64,000 nucleotides of DNA from Candidatus Geothermarchaeota archaeon. GTDB lineage: Archaea; Thermoproteota; Nitrososphaeria; Geothermarchaeales; JDFR-13. Shown piece after piece: positions 17,070-25,804 of the stretch. The notes below the pieces were generated by a model that saw only the letters and a list, made by a program, of their open reading frames with translations, was not told the DNA's origin and searched no databases. The position numbers and the translations under genes are program-made. Within the stretch, counting starts at the first letter, position 1. Each line of letters opens with the position of its first letter. The DNA lies in NCBI GenBank assembly GCA_015523545.1, contig WAKB01000001.1, forward strand, positions 66,159 to 130,158. Direction: 5' to 3'.

Positions 17070-19822
17070 TGGGACAAGCCATTATAAACACCCCAAGCCT
17101 GAATAATTATTTTAACACGCACCGAGGGGTGGTTACTATTGAATACAACATCAGGATCGGCCTCGAGATACACATCCCACTCTCAACAGTAGATACCAAG
17201 CTATTCTGCCAATGTCCAAACCCGTTTAAACATCCTCCTGAGATGCCCAACCAATATGTATGCCCCACATGCCTGGGCCTACCTGGAGCCCTCCCCAGCC
17301 CAAATAGAGAGGCTATTAGGAAGGCGATAATCCTAGCGAAGGCCCTGAAGATGGAGATACCCAGTAAGATACAGTTCTACAGGAAGCATTATCTATATCC
17401 AGACCTACCCAAGGGATACCAGATAACCCAGTACATGGCTGGTGGGGATCTCCCAATAGGTATTAGGGGAGGGATGCTCTTCAGGGATAGGTATATGGGG
17501 ATAAGGAGGATACAGCTGGAGGAGGATCCCGCCAGGCTGGAGCATCCAGGTGGGCTGGGCGAGTCTAGTAGGACGCTCATCGACTACAACAGGTCTGGAG
17601 CCCCACTTATAGAGCTGGTTACCGAGCCAGAGATATACAGCCCTAGGGAGGCGAGGATATTCATAGAGGAGCTGACCAGACTCCTTGTCACGATAGGAGT
17701 TATATCCGAGGATACCCAGCCAAAGGTAGACGCAAACATATCTATCGAGGGTGGGCCGAGGGTAGAGATCAAGAACATATCCTCCCCCAGGGATGTTGAG
17801 AAGGCCCTTAGCTACGAGGCCATGAGGATGGCTAGATACATGGAGGAGGGTATAGAGATAAGGCGGGAGACGCGGCACTGGGACGATAGGAGGAGGGTGA
17901 CAATACCCCTTAGGGAGAAGGAGTATGAGGAGGAGTATAGATATATACCCGACCCCAACCTACCACCGATAGACATATCCGACATGATAGCCGAGGTCGA
18001 GGAGCCGGAGACCCCCCTGAAAATCCTGGAGAGGATCATCAGGGATGGGGTCGATGTGTACCCGGCCAAGATCATAGCATCGGACAGGAGACTCCTAAGA
18101 ATCTACCGGGAGGCCTCGGAGGGACTTGGGAGAAGGGCTAGGACGGAGCTGGCCAAGACACTTGTAAACGAGGCTAAACACATGCTAAACACCGGGAAGA
18201 CCGTGGAGGAGCTAATAGAAACCATGAAGCCCCTATACCAGCTGGTGGATAAGGGTATCATCACACCGGCCGAGGCTAGGGAGAAGCTCCTAGGAAGAAG
18301 GGGGTTGAAACTGGCCGATCAGGAGGAGATACTAAAGACGGTTGATAAGGTTCTTAGAGAGGTTGATACTAGTAGGAGGAGGAGTATAGACTACGTGGTC
18401 GGTACCGTTCTTAGAAGGCTTAGGGAGAGGGGTCTCGATGCGGACCCGAGGAGTATAGCCGAGTATGCCCGTGGAAAGATCGAGACAGCCAGGAAGATAG
18501 AGGTGAGGAGGGCTAGGGATGGAGAGGATAGGATGTATAAGGGTGTCGCGGAGGCCCCTAGACCAGTGGATCCTAGCGAGTTACCCAGCCTAGTCGGATC
18601 TGAAGTGGTTATAGGTGGCTGGCTAGAGACGAGGGCATATGTTGGGGACAAGCTCTTCCTACGGCTCAGGCATTGGAGAGGCACTGTACAGGTAGTGGCT
18701 CATGGAGATAGCCCGGCCTACAGAGAATTGTCGAGGCTCCCCAGAGAGGCATATATAGTCGTGAGGGGCAGGGTAGTCAGGGACTCAAGGGCCCCCGGCG
18801 GGCTAGAGATCCACGCATCAGAGGTAATCCCCGTAGGTACATCCACCGACCCACCATTGACACTGATGGACCTGGCTAGGTCAAGCCTCCCAACCAGGGT
18901 CAGGCATAGATACCTCGACATAAGGCGGCGTAGGGTGAGGGCTGTCCTATACATAAGGGCAAGGCTACTAGAGATCGTGAGGAGCCTCCTAACCAGGAAG
19001 GGCTTCGTAGAGATACAGACACCCACGATAATAGCCTCGGCCACAGAAGGAGGGGCGGAGCTATTCCCACTGATATACTATGGTAGGGAGGCCTTCCTAG
19101 CCCAGAGCCCCCAGCTATATAAACAGATGGCTATAAACGCCTTCGAGAAGGTCTTCGAGATCGATAGCTACTACCGGGCCCAGAAATTCGACACCCCACG
19201 CCACCTAGCAGAGTTCTGGTCCCTAGACGTCGAGGCCGCCCACCACGGGCTGGGAGACCTGATCAGCCTAGCTAGGGAGATACTTCTCGAGATACATAGG
19301 ACGCTCCCCTCAAAGGCGGGTGACGAGCTCATGCTCCTAGGGGTCGAGCTTGAGCCAGAGCCTAGCTTCGCGGAGATGAGTTATGACGAGGCTGTGGAGA
19401 TATCGGGGACGAGGTATGGCGAGGACATCTCTGCAGAGGCGTTAAGAGAGGTGTATAAGGAGGCGAACGCTAGATACCTGTTCATAACCCACTGGCCAGA
19501 GGAGACCAGGGCCTTCTACTACCGATCGATAGACGGGATAACCAGGAGCTTCGACCTAGTAGGACCCTTCACAGGGACGCCTATAGAACTTGCCAGTGGT
19601 GGGGAGAGGATAAACAGCTATGACGAGCTCGTCAGGAGCATTAGGCGTAGGGGGCTTAGGGAGGAATCGTATGGATGGTACCTAGAGATGTTTAGGTATG
19701 GAATGCCCCCACACGGAGGCTTCGGGTTGGGGATAGACAGGCTACTAGCATCCATCCTAGGCCTCGACTCCGTCTTGGAGGCAACCCTAATACCCAGGAC
19801 ACCCAAGTACTACGTCCCATAG
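17069..19822 (+). CDS. gatB-aspS: fusion protein: Asp/Glu-tRNA amidotransferase subunit B (GatB) joined to an archaeal-type aspartyl-tRNA synthetase (class IIb)
   Basis: Residues ~25-488 carry GatB hallmarks: IGLEIHIPL, TKLFCQC, CPTCLGLPGALP, YLYPDLPKGYQITQ, RIQLEEDPARL, NRSGAPLIELVTEP, EIKNISS, and a helical YqeY-like tail. Residues 489-917 form a full AspRS: the OB fold GSEVVIGGWLETRAYVGDKLFLRLRHWRGTVQVV, then FVEIQTPTIIASATEGGAELF, AQSPQLYKQ, YRAQKFDTPRHLAEFWSLDVE and GMPPHGGFGLGIDRL. The frame is uninterrupted. A likelier start is the GTG at 17129. Confidence 0.85.
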   Translation: MGQAIINTPSLNNYFNTHRGVVTIEYNIRIGLEIHIPLSTVDTKLFCQCPNPFKHPPEMPNQYVCPTCLGLPGALPSPNREAIRKAIILAKALKMEIPSKIQFYRKHYLYPDLPKGYQITQYMAGGDLPIGIRGGMLFRDRYMGIRRIQLEEDPARLEHPGGLGESSRTLIDYNRSGAPLIELVTEPEIYSPREARIFIEELTRLLVTIGVISEDTQPKVDANISIEGGPRVEIKNISSPRDVEKALSYEAMRMARYMEEGIEIRRETRHWDDRRRVTIPLREKEYEEEYRYIPDPNLPPIDISDMIAEVEEPETPLKILERIIRDGVDVYPAKIIASDRRLLRIYREASEGLGRRARTELAKTLVNEAKHMLNTGKTVEELIETMKPLYQLVDKGIITPAEAREKLLGRRGLKLADQEEILKTVDKVLREVDTSRRRSIDYVVGTVLRRLRERGLDADPRSIAEYARGKIETARKIEVRRARDGEDRMYKGVAEAPRPVDPSELPSLVGSEVVIGGWLETRAYVGDKLFLRLRHWRGTVQVVAHGDSPAYRELSRLPREAYIVVRGRVVRDSRAPGGLEIHASEVIPVGTSTDPPLTLMDLARSSLPTRVRHRYLDIRRRRVRAVLYIRARLLEIVRSLLTRKGFVEIQTPTIIASATEGGAELFPLIYYGREAFLAQSPQLYKQMAINAFEKVFEIDSYYRAQKFDTPRHLAEFWSLDVEAAHHGLGDLISLAREILLEIHRTLPSKAGDELMLLGVELEPEPSFAEMSYDEAVEISGTRYGEDISAEALREVYKEANARYLFITHWPEETRAFYYRSIDGITRSFDLVGPFTGTPIELASGGERINSYDELVRSIRRRGLREESYGWYLEMFRYGMPPHGGFGLGIDRLLASILGLDSVLEATLIPRTPKYYVP
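17102..17114 (+). promoter_or_regulatory. TATA-like box upstream of the gatB-aspS ORF
   Basis: aataattatttta lies about 20-27 nt upstream of the in-frame GTG at 17129, which immediately precedes the conserved GatB N-terminus (IGLEIH). This suggests 17129 is the real start rather than the ATG at 17069. Confidence 0.4.
18533..19822 (+). other. aspS: AspRS module of the fusion ORF, beginning at the in-frame Met489 (possible ancestral or alternative start)
   Basis: The ATG at 18533 is in frame: (18533-17069)/3 = 488. The 429 aa from here (MYKGVAEAP...) match the length and N-terminal style of stand-alone archaeal AspRS. Confidence 0.7.
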
Positions 19823-21250
19823 GTGGTGCACGTGCTCAGACTACTAGACCTGTTCGAGGCGGACGACCCGATAAGCCTAAGCGAGAAGTATTACGAGAGG
19901 CTCAGAAGGTGGGAAGGGAGGCTAAACATGTTCATAACACTTAGGGAGTGGGGCGAGATCCAGCTAGTCCACGAGCCAGGTAAGCCCCTCTCAGGAGGCC
20001 TAATACCTATAAAGGACAACATATCCACAAGGGGTCTGAGAACCACATGTGGAAGCAGGATACTCGAGAACTATATACCCCCCTACGACGCCTACGCCGT
20101 GGAGAGGCTGAGGGAGATAGGTCTAGAAGTGGTTGGTAAGACGAACATGGACGAGTTCGGGATGGGGAGCACCGGCGAGAATAGTGGCTATGGCCCAACC
20201 CTTAATCCATGGAACACTGGCCATGTCCCCGGAGGGAGCAGCTCAGGGAGTGCCGCCGCTGTAGCAGTGGCTGGAGGAGCCGCCCTCGGAAGCGATACCG
20301 GTGGTAGCGTCAGGCTACCCGCGGCATACTGCTACGTACTAGGTCTTAAGCCGACATATGGACTCGTGAGCCGCTACGGACTAGTATCCTACGCCGACAG
20401 CCTTGAGCAGATAGGGATACTTGCCAGATATCCGGAGGACATGGCCTACATACTATACCACATCTCCAAGCTCGATACTAGAGACATGACCATGTCACGT
20501 ACAGAGGCTAGGGAGGAGCTTAGAGAGAGGCTGATAAACCTCTACACTGGAGGGCCCAGTGGACTGGACGGGTTAAGGATAGGCTACTCACCAGAACTGA
20601 TTGAGATGGCCGATGATGAGGTAGCGGGGGAGGTATACAGGGCACTTGACAAGCTGGTGGAGCTGGGGGTCAAAGCCGAGGAGATAGATCTCGGATTCAT
20701 GGAGGCAGGCCTATCCACCTACTACGCCATAGCGATGGCCGAGGCATCATCAAACCTTATGAGGTACGACGGCGTCCTATACGGCTCCATGGAGAGGGAG
20801 GGGGACTACTGGAGCAGCGTATACAGGACACGGGGGATGAGGCTCGGAGAGGAGGTCAAGAGGCGCATCGTCTACGGCACCCTAATAACCTCCGCGGGCT
20901 ACAGTGGGAGGTACTACATCAAGGCACTCAGGATAAGGAGGTGGATAAGGGATATGCTGATAGAGAGGCTTGGGAGGGTCGACGCCGTGCTGATGCCAAC
21001 ATCACCCTCCACACCACCCAGGCTAGGAGAGGTTGAGGGTGTAGACATGTATGCCCTCGACCTATACACTGTGATACCCAACCTCACCGGCCATCCAGCC
21101 ATAAACATCCCCGCCGGATTCGTAGGCGGCCTACCTGTGGGGATACAGCTAGTAACACGCTACTTCAATGACGATCTATTGATAAGGATCGCCAGGGGAC
21201 TAGTGGGTGTCTTATACGACCCTTCGAAGGAGGTGGAGATGGATGGATAG
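19823..21250 (+). CDS. gatA: Asp/Glu-tRNA amidotransferase subunit A (amidase signature family)
   Basis: Amidase signature GGSSSGSAAAVA...GSDTGGSVRLPA. The GTG start directly follows the TAG of the fusion ORF (tagGTG). Confidence 0.92.
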   Translation: MVHVLRLLDLFEADDPISLSEKYYERLRRWEGRLNMFITLREWGEIQLVHEPGKPLSGGLIPIKDNISTRGLRTTCGSRILENYIPPYDAYAVERLREIGLEVVGKTNMDEFGMGSTGENSGYGPTLNPWNTGHVPGGSSSGSAAAVAVAGGAALGSDTGGSVRLPAAYCYVLGLKPTYGLVSRYGLVSYADSLEQIGILARYPEDMAYILYHISKLDTRDMTMSRTEAREELRERLINLYTGGPSGLDGLRIGYSPELIEMADDEVAGEVYRALDKLVELGVKAEEIDLGFMEAGLSTYYAIAMAEASSNLMRYDGVLYGSMEREGDYWSSVYRTRGMRLGEEVKRRIVYGTLITSAGYSGRYYIKALRIRRWIRDMLIERLGRVDAVLMPTSPSTPPRLGEVEGVDMYALDLYTVIPNLTGHPAINIPAGFVGGLPVGIQLVTRYFNDDLLIRIARGLVGVLYDPSKEVEMDG

Positions 21251-21509
21251 ACAGGACGTGGAGAAGGCGTTGAGACTGGCTGGTATAGGGGACGATCCCG
21301 AGAAGTATATGGAGCAGCTGGAGAAGGTTGAGAGGCTCTTCAGCCAGCTAGACAGGTGGCTCGACGAGGCTCCTGATGAGCCTCTCTACCACCCCCTAGA
21401 CATAGATACCGAGCCTAGGAAGGACGAGCCCATCACCAGTGATGCCAGGGACTGGATAGAGGGGGATGAGGAGGGCTATGTAGAGGCCCCACCCCTAAGA
21501 CGTAGATAG
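21243..21509 (+). CDS. gatC: Asp/Glu-tRNA amidotransferase subunit C
   Basis: MDRQDVEKALRLAGIGDDPEKYMEQLEKVERLFSQLD fits the GatC pattern. The ATG at 21243 overlaps the gatA stop by 8 nt. The longer ORF starting at 21207 is unlikely. Confidence 0.8.
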   Translation: MDRQDVEKALRLAGIGDDPEKYMEQLEKVERLFSQLDRWLDEAPDEPLYHPLDIDTEPRKDEPITSDARDWIEGDEEGYVEAPPLRRR

Positions 21510-21974
21510 GCCCTCCAATAGGCTCTCCACATAGCCCTCCTTGACACCCTCCGAGACGATGTTGAGTATGAGCCTGGTATGGGTCCTGTCGACATACTCG
21601 ATCCTCTGAACCTCCTTTATGAAGCTGTCCAGCTCACTCCTGGTGCGGAACCAGGCATACAGGGTTATGTCATACTCACCAGTGATGTCGTATACAGCCT
21701 GGACATTAGGCATAGATGCCAGGCGCTCCTCAACCTCCCTGAGGAAGCCTCCCCTCACCTTGACATCGATCATCACTGGGAATATGTAGCCAAGCCTCTC
21801 CAAGTCGATATCCACGGTATACCTCCTTATCACACCCATATCCTCAAGCCTCTTCCTCCTAGCCTCGACAGTCCCCACAGAGACGCCGAGCCTCCTAGAG
21901 AGTTCACGGCTACTTATACGGCCCTCCCTAAGGAGGATGGAGAGTATCTTGAGGTCTAGCCTATCCAGCTCCAT
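21495..21974 (-). CDS. Lrp/AsnC family transcriptional regulator
   Basis: From the internal Met the sequence reads MELDRLDLKILSILLREGRISSRELSRRLGVSVGTVEARRKRLEDMGVI, an HTH, followed by a RAM/ACT-like C-domain. The 73-aa N-terminal extension in the ORF track has non-coding-like composition. Confidence 0.85.
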   Translation of the reverse strand: MELDRLDLKILSILLREGRISSRELSRRLGVSVGTVEARRKRLEDMGVIRRYTVDIDLERLGYIFPVMIDVKVRGGFLREVEERLASMPNVQAVYDITGEYDITLYAWFRTRSELDSFIKEVQRIEYVDRTHTRLILNIVSEGVKEGYVESLLEGLSTS

Positions 21975-22119
21975 ATGTATTTCTATATACACCGCGAGAC
22001 ATAAACAAATGTCCAATTTGAAACGTGTTGGATGGATAAACATTAAACAAGTGTCAAGACCTGTTTTATGGCTGACCCGTGGGAAGCTCTTTACATATAC
22101 ACTCATGAGGTGGTAATCC

Positions 22120-23523
22120 TTGGACGAGGTTGTTGAGAAGGTATTCGAGGATATGGAGCTGAACAAGGTGAGATGGGTAACACTCACCTTCACAGACCTA
22201 CGAGGCTACCAGAAACAGGTGACTATCAAGAGAAAGCCAGAGAAGGAGTGGCTGGAGAAGCTCTTCACGAGAGGGGTGGGGAAGCTTGACGGGAGCAGCA
22301 TCGAGGGGTTCCAAGATATATCGGAGAGCGACCTGATGCTGAGGCCCGACCCCACTACCTACGCTATCCTCCCATGGTCAGGCGACACAGCCAGACTAAT
22401 ATCCAACATATTGATCAGGGGTGAGGACTATCCCAAGGATCCCAGGGGAGCCCTGGCCAAGACGGTGGAGAAGATGGGGCCATACATCCCCTTGATGGGT
22501 GCAGAGGTAGAGTTCTTCATACTCAACGGCCTATCCACGATCGTCAACGACCTTGAATATACATTCCTGACCAGCCTAGAGACGCTTGAAGCCCCAGTTA
22601 CACAGGGATACCCCTACAGGCCGAAGACTGGGTACTACATGGAGTGGGGTCTCGACACAGTGATAGGCTTCAGGAGGAGGCTGGTCGAGGTGCTGGAGGG
22701 GTGGTTCGGGATGGAGGTTGAGAGCCACCATCACGAGGTCGCCATAGCGGGGCAGAGCGAGATAAACATCAGGTATGGAGACCCCGTATCCACTGCTGAC
22801 AACGTCATGACCCTGAAATACGTGGCCCGTGTATTGGCTAGGGAGGAGTTTGGAGGCATAACACCCCTATTCATGCCCAAGCCCATACCCACAGACAACG
22901 GTTCAGGCCTACATATGCATATAAGCCTGGTTAGGAATGGTAGGAACGTATTCTACGACCCAGACGACGAATATGCACATCTAAGCCAGGAGGCGAGATA
23001 CTTCATAGGTGGGCTTCTCGAGCATGGAAGGGCATTATCAGCACTGGTCTCACCCACCGTCAACAGCTACCACAGATTGGTGCCAGGCTATGAGGCACCG
23101 ATATACCTGACATGGGGCAGATCCAATAGGAGCGCCGCAGTCAGGGTCCCATTCTACGACCCTGAAAGCAGGAATGCGAAGCTTGAGTATAGGCCTCCCG
23201 ACCCATCATGCAACCCATACATAGCGATGGCGGGGATACTAGCGGCCGGGATGGACGGTATAAAGAAGAAGAGGGATCCAGGGCCACCTGTAGATGAGAA
23301 TGTCTATAAGATGCCTAAGCAGAGGGTTAGGGAACTGGGTATAAAGACCCTACCAGCCAGCCTACTAGAGGCCCTTGAGGAACTTGAGAGCGACATGACA
23401 TTCCTAGAGAAGTACATCCCCAAGGAGCTGCTAGAGAGCTATATAGAGCTTAAGAGGGAGGAGGCCAAGACACTGGCTAAGTATCCGTCCCCAGCCGAGT
23501 TCCAGCTATACTCCACGCTCTAG
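22120..23523 (+). CDS. glnA: glutamine synthetase type I
   Basis: 467 aa with a beta-grasp N-domain (VRWVTLTFTDLRGY), GSGLHMHISL and the NRSAAVRVP region. The start is TTG 22120 or a downstream ATG. Confidence 0.92.
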   Translation: MDEVVEKVFEDMELNKVRWVTLTFTDLRGYQKQVTIKRKPEKEWLEKLFTRGVGKLDGSSIEGFQDISESDLMLRPDPTTYAILPWSGDTARLISNILIRGEDYPKDPRGALAKTVEKMGPYIPLMGAEVEFFILNGLSTIVNDLEYTFLTSLETLEAPVTQGYPYRPKTGYYMEWGLDTVIGFRRRLVEVLEGWFGMEVESHHHEVAIAGQSEINIRYGDPVSTADNVMTLKYVARVLAREEFGGITPLFMPKPIPTDNGSGLHMHISLVRNGRNVFYDPDDEYAHLSQEARYFIGGLLEHGRALSALVSPTVNSYHRLVPGYEAPIYLTWGRSNRSAAVRVPFYDPESRNAKLEYRPPDPSCNPYIAMAGILAAGMDGIKKKRDPGPPVDENVYKMPKQRVRELGIKTLPASLLEALEELESDMTFLEKYIPKELLESYIELKREEAKTLAKYPSPAEFQLYSTL

Positions 23524-23543
23524 AACACCCATACTCTTAATAC

Positions 23544-23548
23544 TTTTT
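23544..23548 (+). terminator. T5 tract downstream of glnA (possible archaeal oligo-T terminator)
   Basis: tacTTTTTag lies 21 nt after the glnA stop. Confidence 0.3.
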
Positions 23549-23626
23549 AGACCCGCACCACACCCGTCTAAACGCCTTATTTATAGAGTTGCCCCCGTAT
23601 AATCTTGTTAGTCCACGTCCAAGGAG

Positions 23627-24076
23627 TTGAAACGAGAGATGCCGAACGTATTCGTCTTCAACAGCCTGATGAGCACCTACCGCCACCCATGGCGGGAGAG
23701 CGTGGAGGACGGGAAGCTAAAGATACTGCTAGGAGCCTACAAGAGGAGTGTCGGGGTACTCGACGAATATATAATAGTCTGGAAAAAGGACAGCTCCTAC
23801 CCATACCTCGTCAGAGATCCGGAGGGACTCGTCATTGGAGAGGTGATATTCGACGTCCCCCAGGACGTGATAGGCGTCCTGGATGAGTATGAGATGAGCC
23901 CAAGGAAGAACTATAGGGTTGAGGAGCAGATACGCCTCCCAGATGGACAGGTTGTAGACGCATTTGTATATGTGTGGAAAGGCGAGGACACCCATGAGAA
24001 GGATGAGGAGTTCAGGACGCTCCTACCTGCAGATAAGATCCCGGAGGAGCTGAAGAGCGAGGTAAAGACCGACTAG
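23627..24076 (+). CDS. gamma-glutamylcyclotransferase / AIG2-like family protein
   Basis: Pattern VFVFNSLMS ... YPYLVRDPEGLVIGEVIFDVPQDVIGVLDEYE ... YRVEE ... AFVYVW. Confidence 0.65.
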   Translation: MKREMPNVFVFNSLMSTYRHPWRESVEDGKLKILLGAYKRSVGVLDEYIIVWKKDSSYPYLVRDPEGLVIGEVIFDVPQDVIGVLDEYEMSPRKNYRVEEQIRLPDGQVVDAFVYVWKGEDTHEKDEEFRTLLPADKIPEELKSEVKTD

Positions 24077-24078
24077 AG

Positions 24079-25071
24079 ATGCTACGTAGGATAATCGAGA
24101 CCGTAGGTATAACCATACTCCTACTATTTATCCTTATAGTCCTGGGAGCCATAACCTTCTCACTCATAGAGGGGAGGAACCTACTAGACTCCCTCTACTA
24201 TATGATAACCGTCCTAACCACGGTGGGGTTTGGAGATATAACCCCTCAGACCGAGCTTGGCAAGATACACTTCATGATAACCATCTTCCTAGGCCTAGCC
24301 CTATTCGGATACTTCATATCCAGCGTATCCTCAATACTATCTGAGGATAGGCTGGCCAAGCTATTCCCCGGCCTCGTCGGATATGGAGTGGAGGGGGAGA
24401 AGTTGAGGGACCACGTGATAATCATTGGGTGGAACGAGTTCGCCAGCAACGCGTATCAAGAGGCGACGCTCAACGGTCTTGAGGCAGTGGTCTTAGTCCC
24501 GAGCGAGGAGCAGGCTAAGACACTGGCTAGGGAAGGGATAACCACGTATCCAGGGAGCCTAGACGATCCAAAGACGTATGAGGAGCTTAAGATGGAGGAG
24601 GCGAGGGGTATAATACTTACGGAGCCCGATCCTACCAGGCTAATCATAGACATCCTTAAGATTAGGAAGCGGGTTAGGAATACCCCGATAACCGTTCTGG
24701 TATATAGCTCCGAGCTAGAGGACATACTTAGACAGGCGGGGGCCAACTTCGTCCTTAATATTGCGGAGGTAGGCGGTAGACTACTGGCCAACAGCGTGAT
24801 AGAGCCCAGGGCGACACATATAGAGATAGACATGCTGAAGAGGGGCGGCCTAGACATCATGGAGTACGAGGTTAAGGACAACCTCACCGGTAAGACCATG
24901 GGGGAGGTGGAGGAGGAGATCGGGAGCGACGTACTGGCACTGGTCCGGGGCGACGAGTATATCCTCAAGCCAGACAGGAACACCAGGCTGAAGCAGGGAG
25001 ACAGGATAATACTGATGGGCTACAGCGACCAGATGCAGAGGGATATGGAGAGACTGGATAGGAAGGACTAG
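24079..25071 (+). CDS. two-TM potassium channel with cytoplasmic RCK/TrkA domains (MthK-like)
   Basis: Selectivity filter TTVGFGDITP, RCK Rossmann HVIIIGWNEF, and a C-terminal TrkA-C-like region. Confidence 0.88.
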   Translation: MLRRIIETVGITILLLFILIVLGAITFSLIEGRNLLDSLYYMITVLTTVGFGDITPQTELGKIHFMITIFLGLALFGYFISSVSSILSEDRLAKLFPGLVGYGVEGEKLRDHVIIIGWNEFASNAYQEATLNGLEAVVLVPSEEQAKTLAREGITTYPGSLDDPKTYEELKMEEARGIILTEPDPTRLIIDILKIRKRVRNTPITVLVYSSELEDILRQAGANFVLNIAEVGGRLLANSVIEPRATHIEIDMLKRGGLDIMEYEVKDNLTGKTMGEVEEEIGSDVLALVRGDEYILKPDRNTRLKQGDRIILMGYSDQMQRDMERLDRKD

Positions 25072-25158
25072 ACGCATCTACGGACACAGTAATTTATGTG
25101 GAACACTTTCACACTACACATCACCTAGATGATAAACAGCTAGGCTCCCCATACACTA

Positions 25159-25803
25159 TTGATGAGGAGCACCGGTGTATGGTTCCTAGACAAGATATTC
25201 GGCGGTATAAGGCCTGGGAAGACGTATGAGGTGGACGGCTATCCATGGAACCTCTTAAAAGAGGTTATGCACCGGGTGGTGGCCCACCTATCCATGGAGG
25301 GCCGTGTAGTCATCATATATGGGCAGTACTTCGACGGGCTAGACCCATACCTCCTGATAAGGATTGGGCGTGAGGAGGGGCTGGACACGGGCCTCCTGAA
25401 GAGGAATATAAGGCTTGCCCGCTGCTTCAAGGGGGAGGACATGGCCACAAATATTAGGCGGGGTGTCAAGACGGCTGGATACCTAGTCGTGGTAGACCCC
25501 TACCTACACACATACATGACTGAGAGGTCGGATCTCTACCCCATGATAGCCTCCGAGCTATACAGGGCCAAGATGAGGGGTAGGGGGATACTCATCTTCA
25601 ACAGGATAAGGTGGGATGGGAAGCCCCTAGGCGGGAGCCTCCATAGACACTCCCTCGACTATGTAGCCAGGCTCGTTATGATGGATAGGCTTATACACGT
25701 GGAGCTGGTCAAGGCGCTGGATAGGCCACCGATAAGCTTCGCCGTCGACGCGTCGAACCCCTGGAGAAGGAGGGTGCAACACCTCCTCGACAGGTGGATA
25801 TGA
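25159..25803 (+). CDS. RadB/RadA-paralog-like RecA-fold protein with a degenerate Walker A motif
   Basis: From memory it aligns end to end with the RadB pattern: TGVWFLDKIFGGIRPGKTYEVDG..., LVVVDP (Walker B position) and KPLGGSLHRHSLDYVARL. The P-loop position reads GYPWNLLKE instead of GxxGxGKT. TTG start. Confidence 0.6.
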   Translation: MMRSTGVWFLDKIFGGIRPGKTYEVDGYPWNLLKEVMHRVVAHLSMEGRVVIIYGQYFDGLDPYLLIRIGREEGLDTGLLKRNIRLARCFKGEDMATNIRRGVKTAGYLVVVDPYLHTYMTERSDLYPMIASELYRAKMRGRGILIFNRIRWDGKPLGGSLHRHSLDYVARLVMMDRLIHVELVKALDRPPISFAVDASNPWRRRVQHLLDRWI

Positions 25804-25804
25804 G

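Noticed and set aside
21975-22193. 73-aa N-terminal extension of the Lrp/AsnC ORF (track start 22193)
   Set aside because: The extension (MKVSVTHLTLFSSISSNTF...) has non-coding-like composition and would run through the glnA promoter and start. A canonical Lrp N-terminus begins at the internal Met (21974).
23605-23886. 93-aa plus-strand ORF overlapping the GGCT-like gene in another frame
   Set aside because: The translation is rich in Arg and Gly and has no motifs. The alternative frame (23627-24076) carries the AIG2/GGCT pattern.
25072-25170. Possible C/D-box sRNA (gatgata ... ttgatgagg) in the spacer before the RadB-like gene
   Set aside because: The second box is simply the TTG-ATG-AGG start of the coding sequence. 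No CUGA D or D-prime boxes occur at the required spacing.
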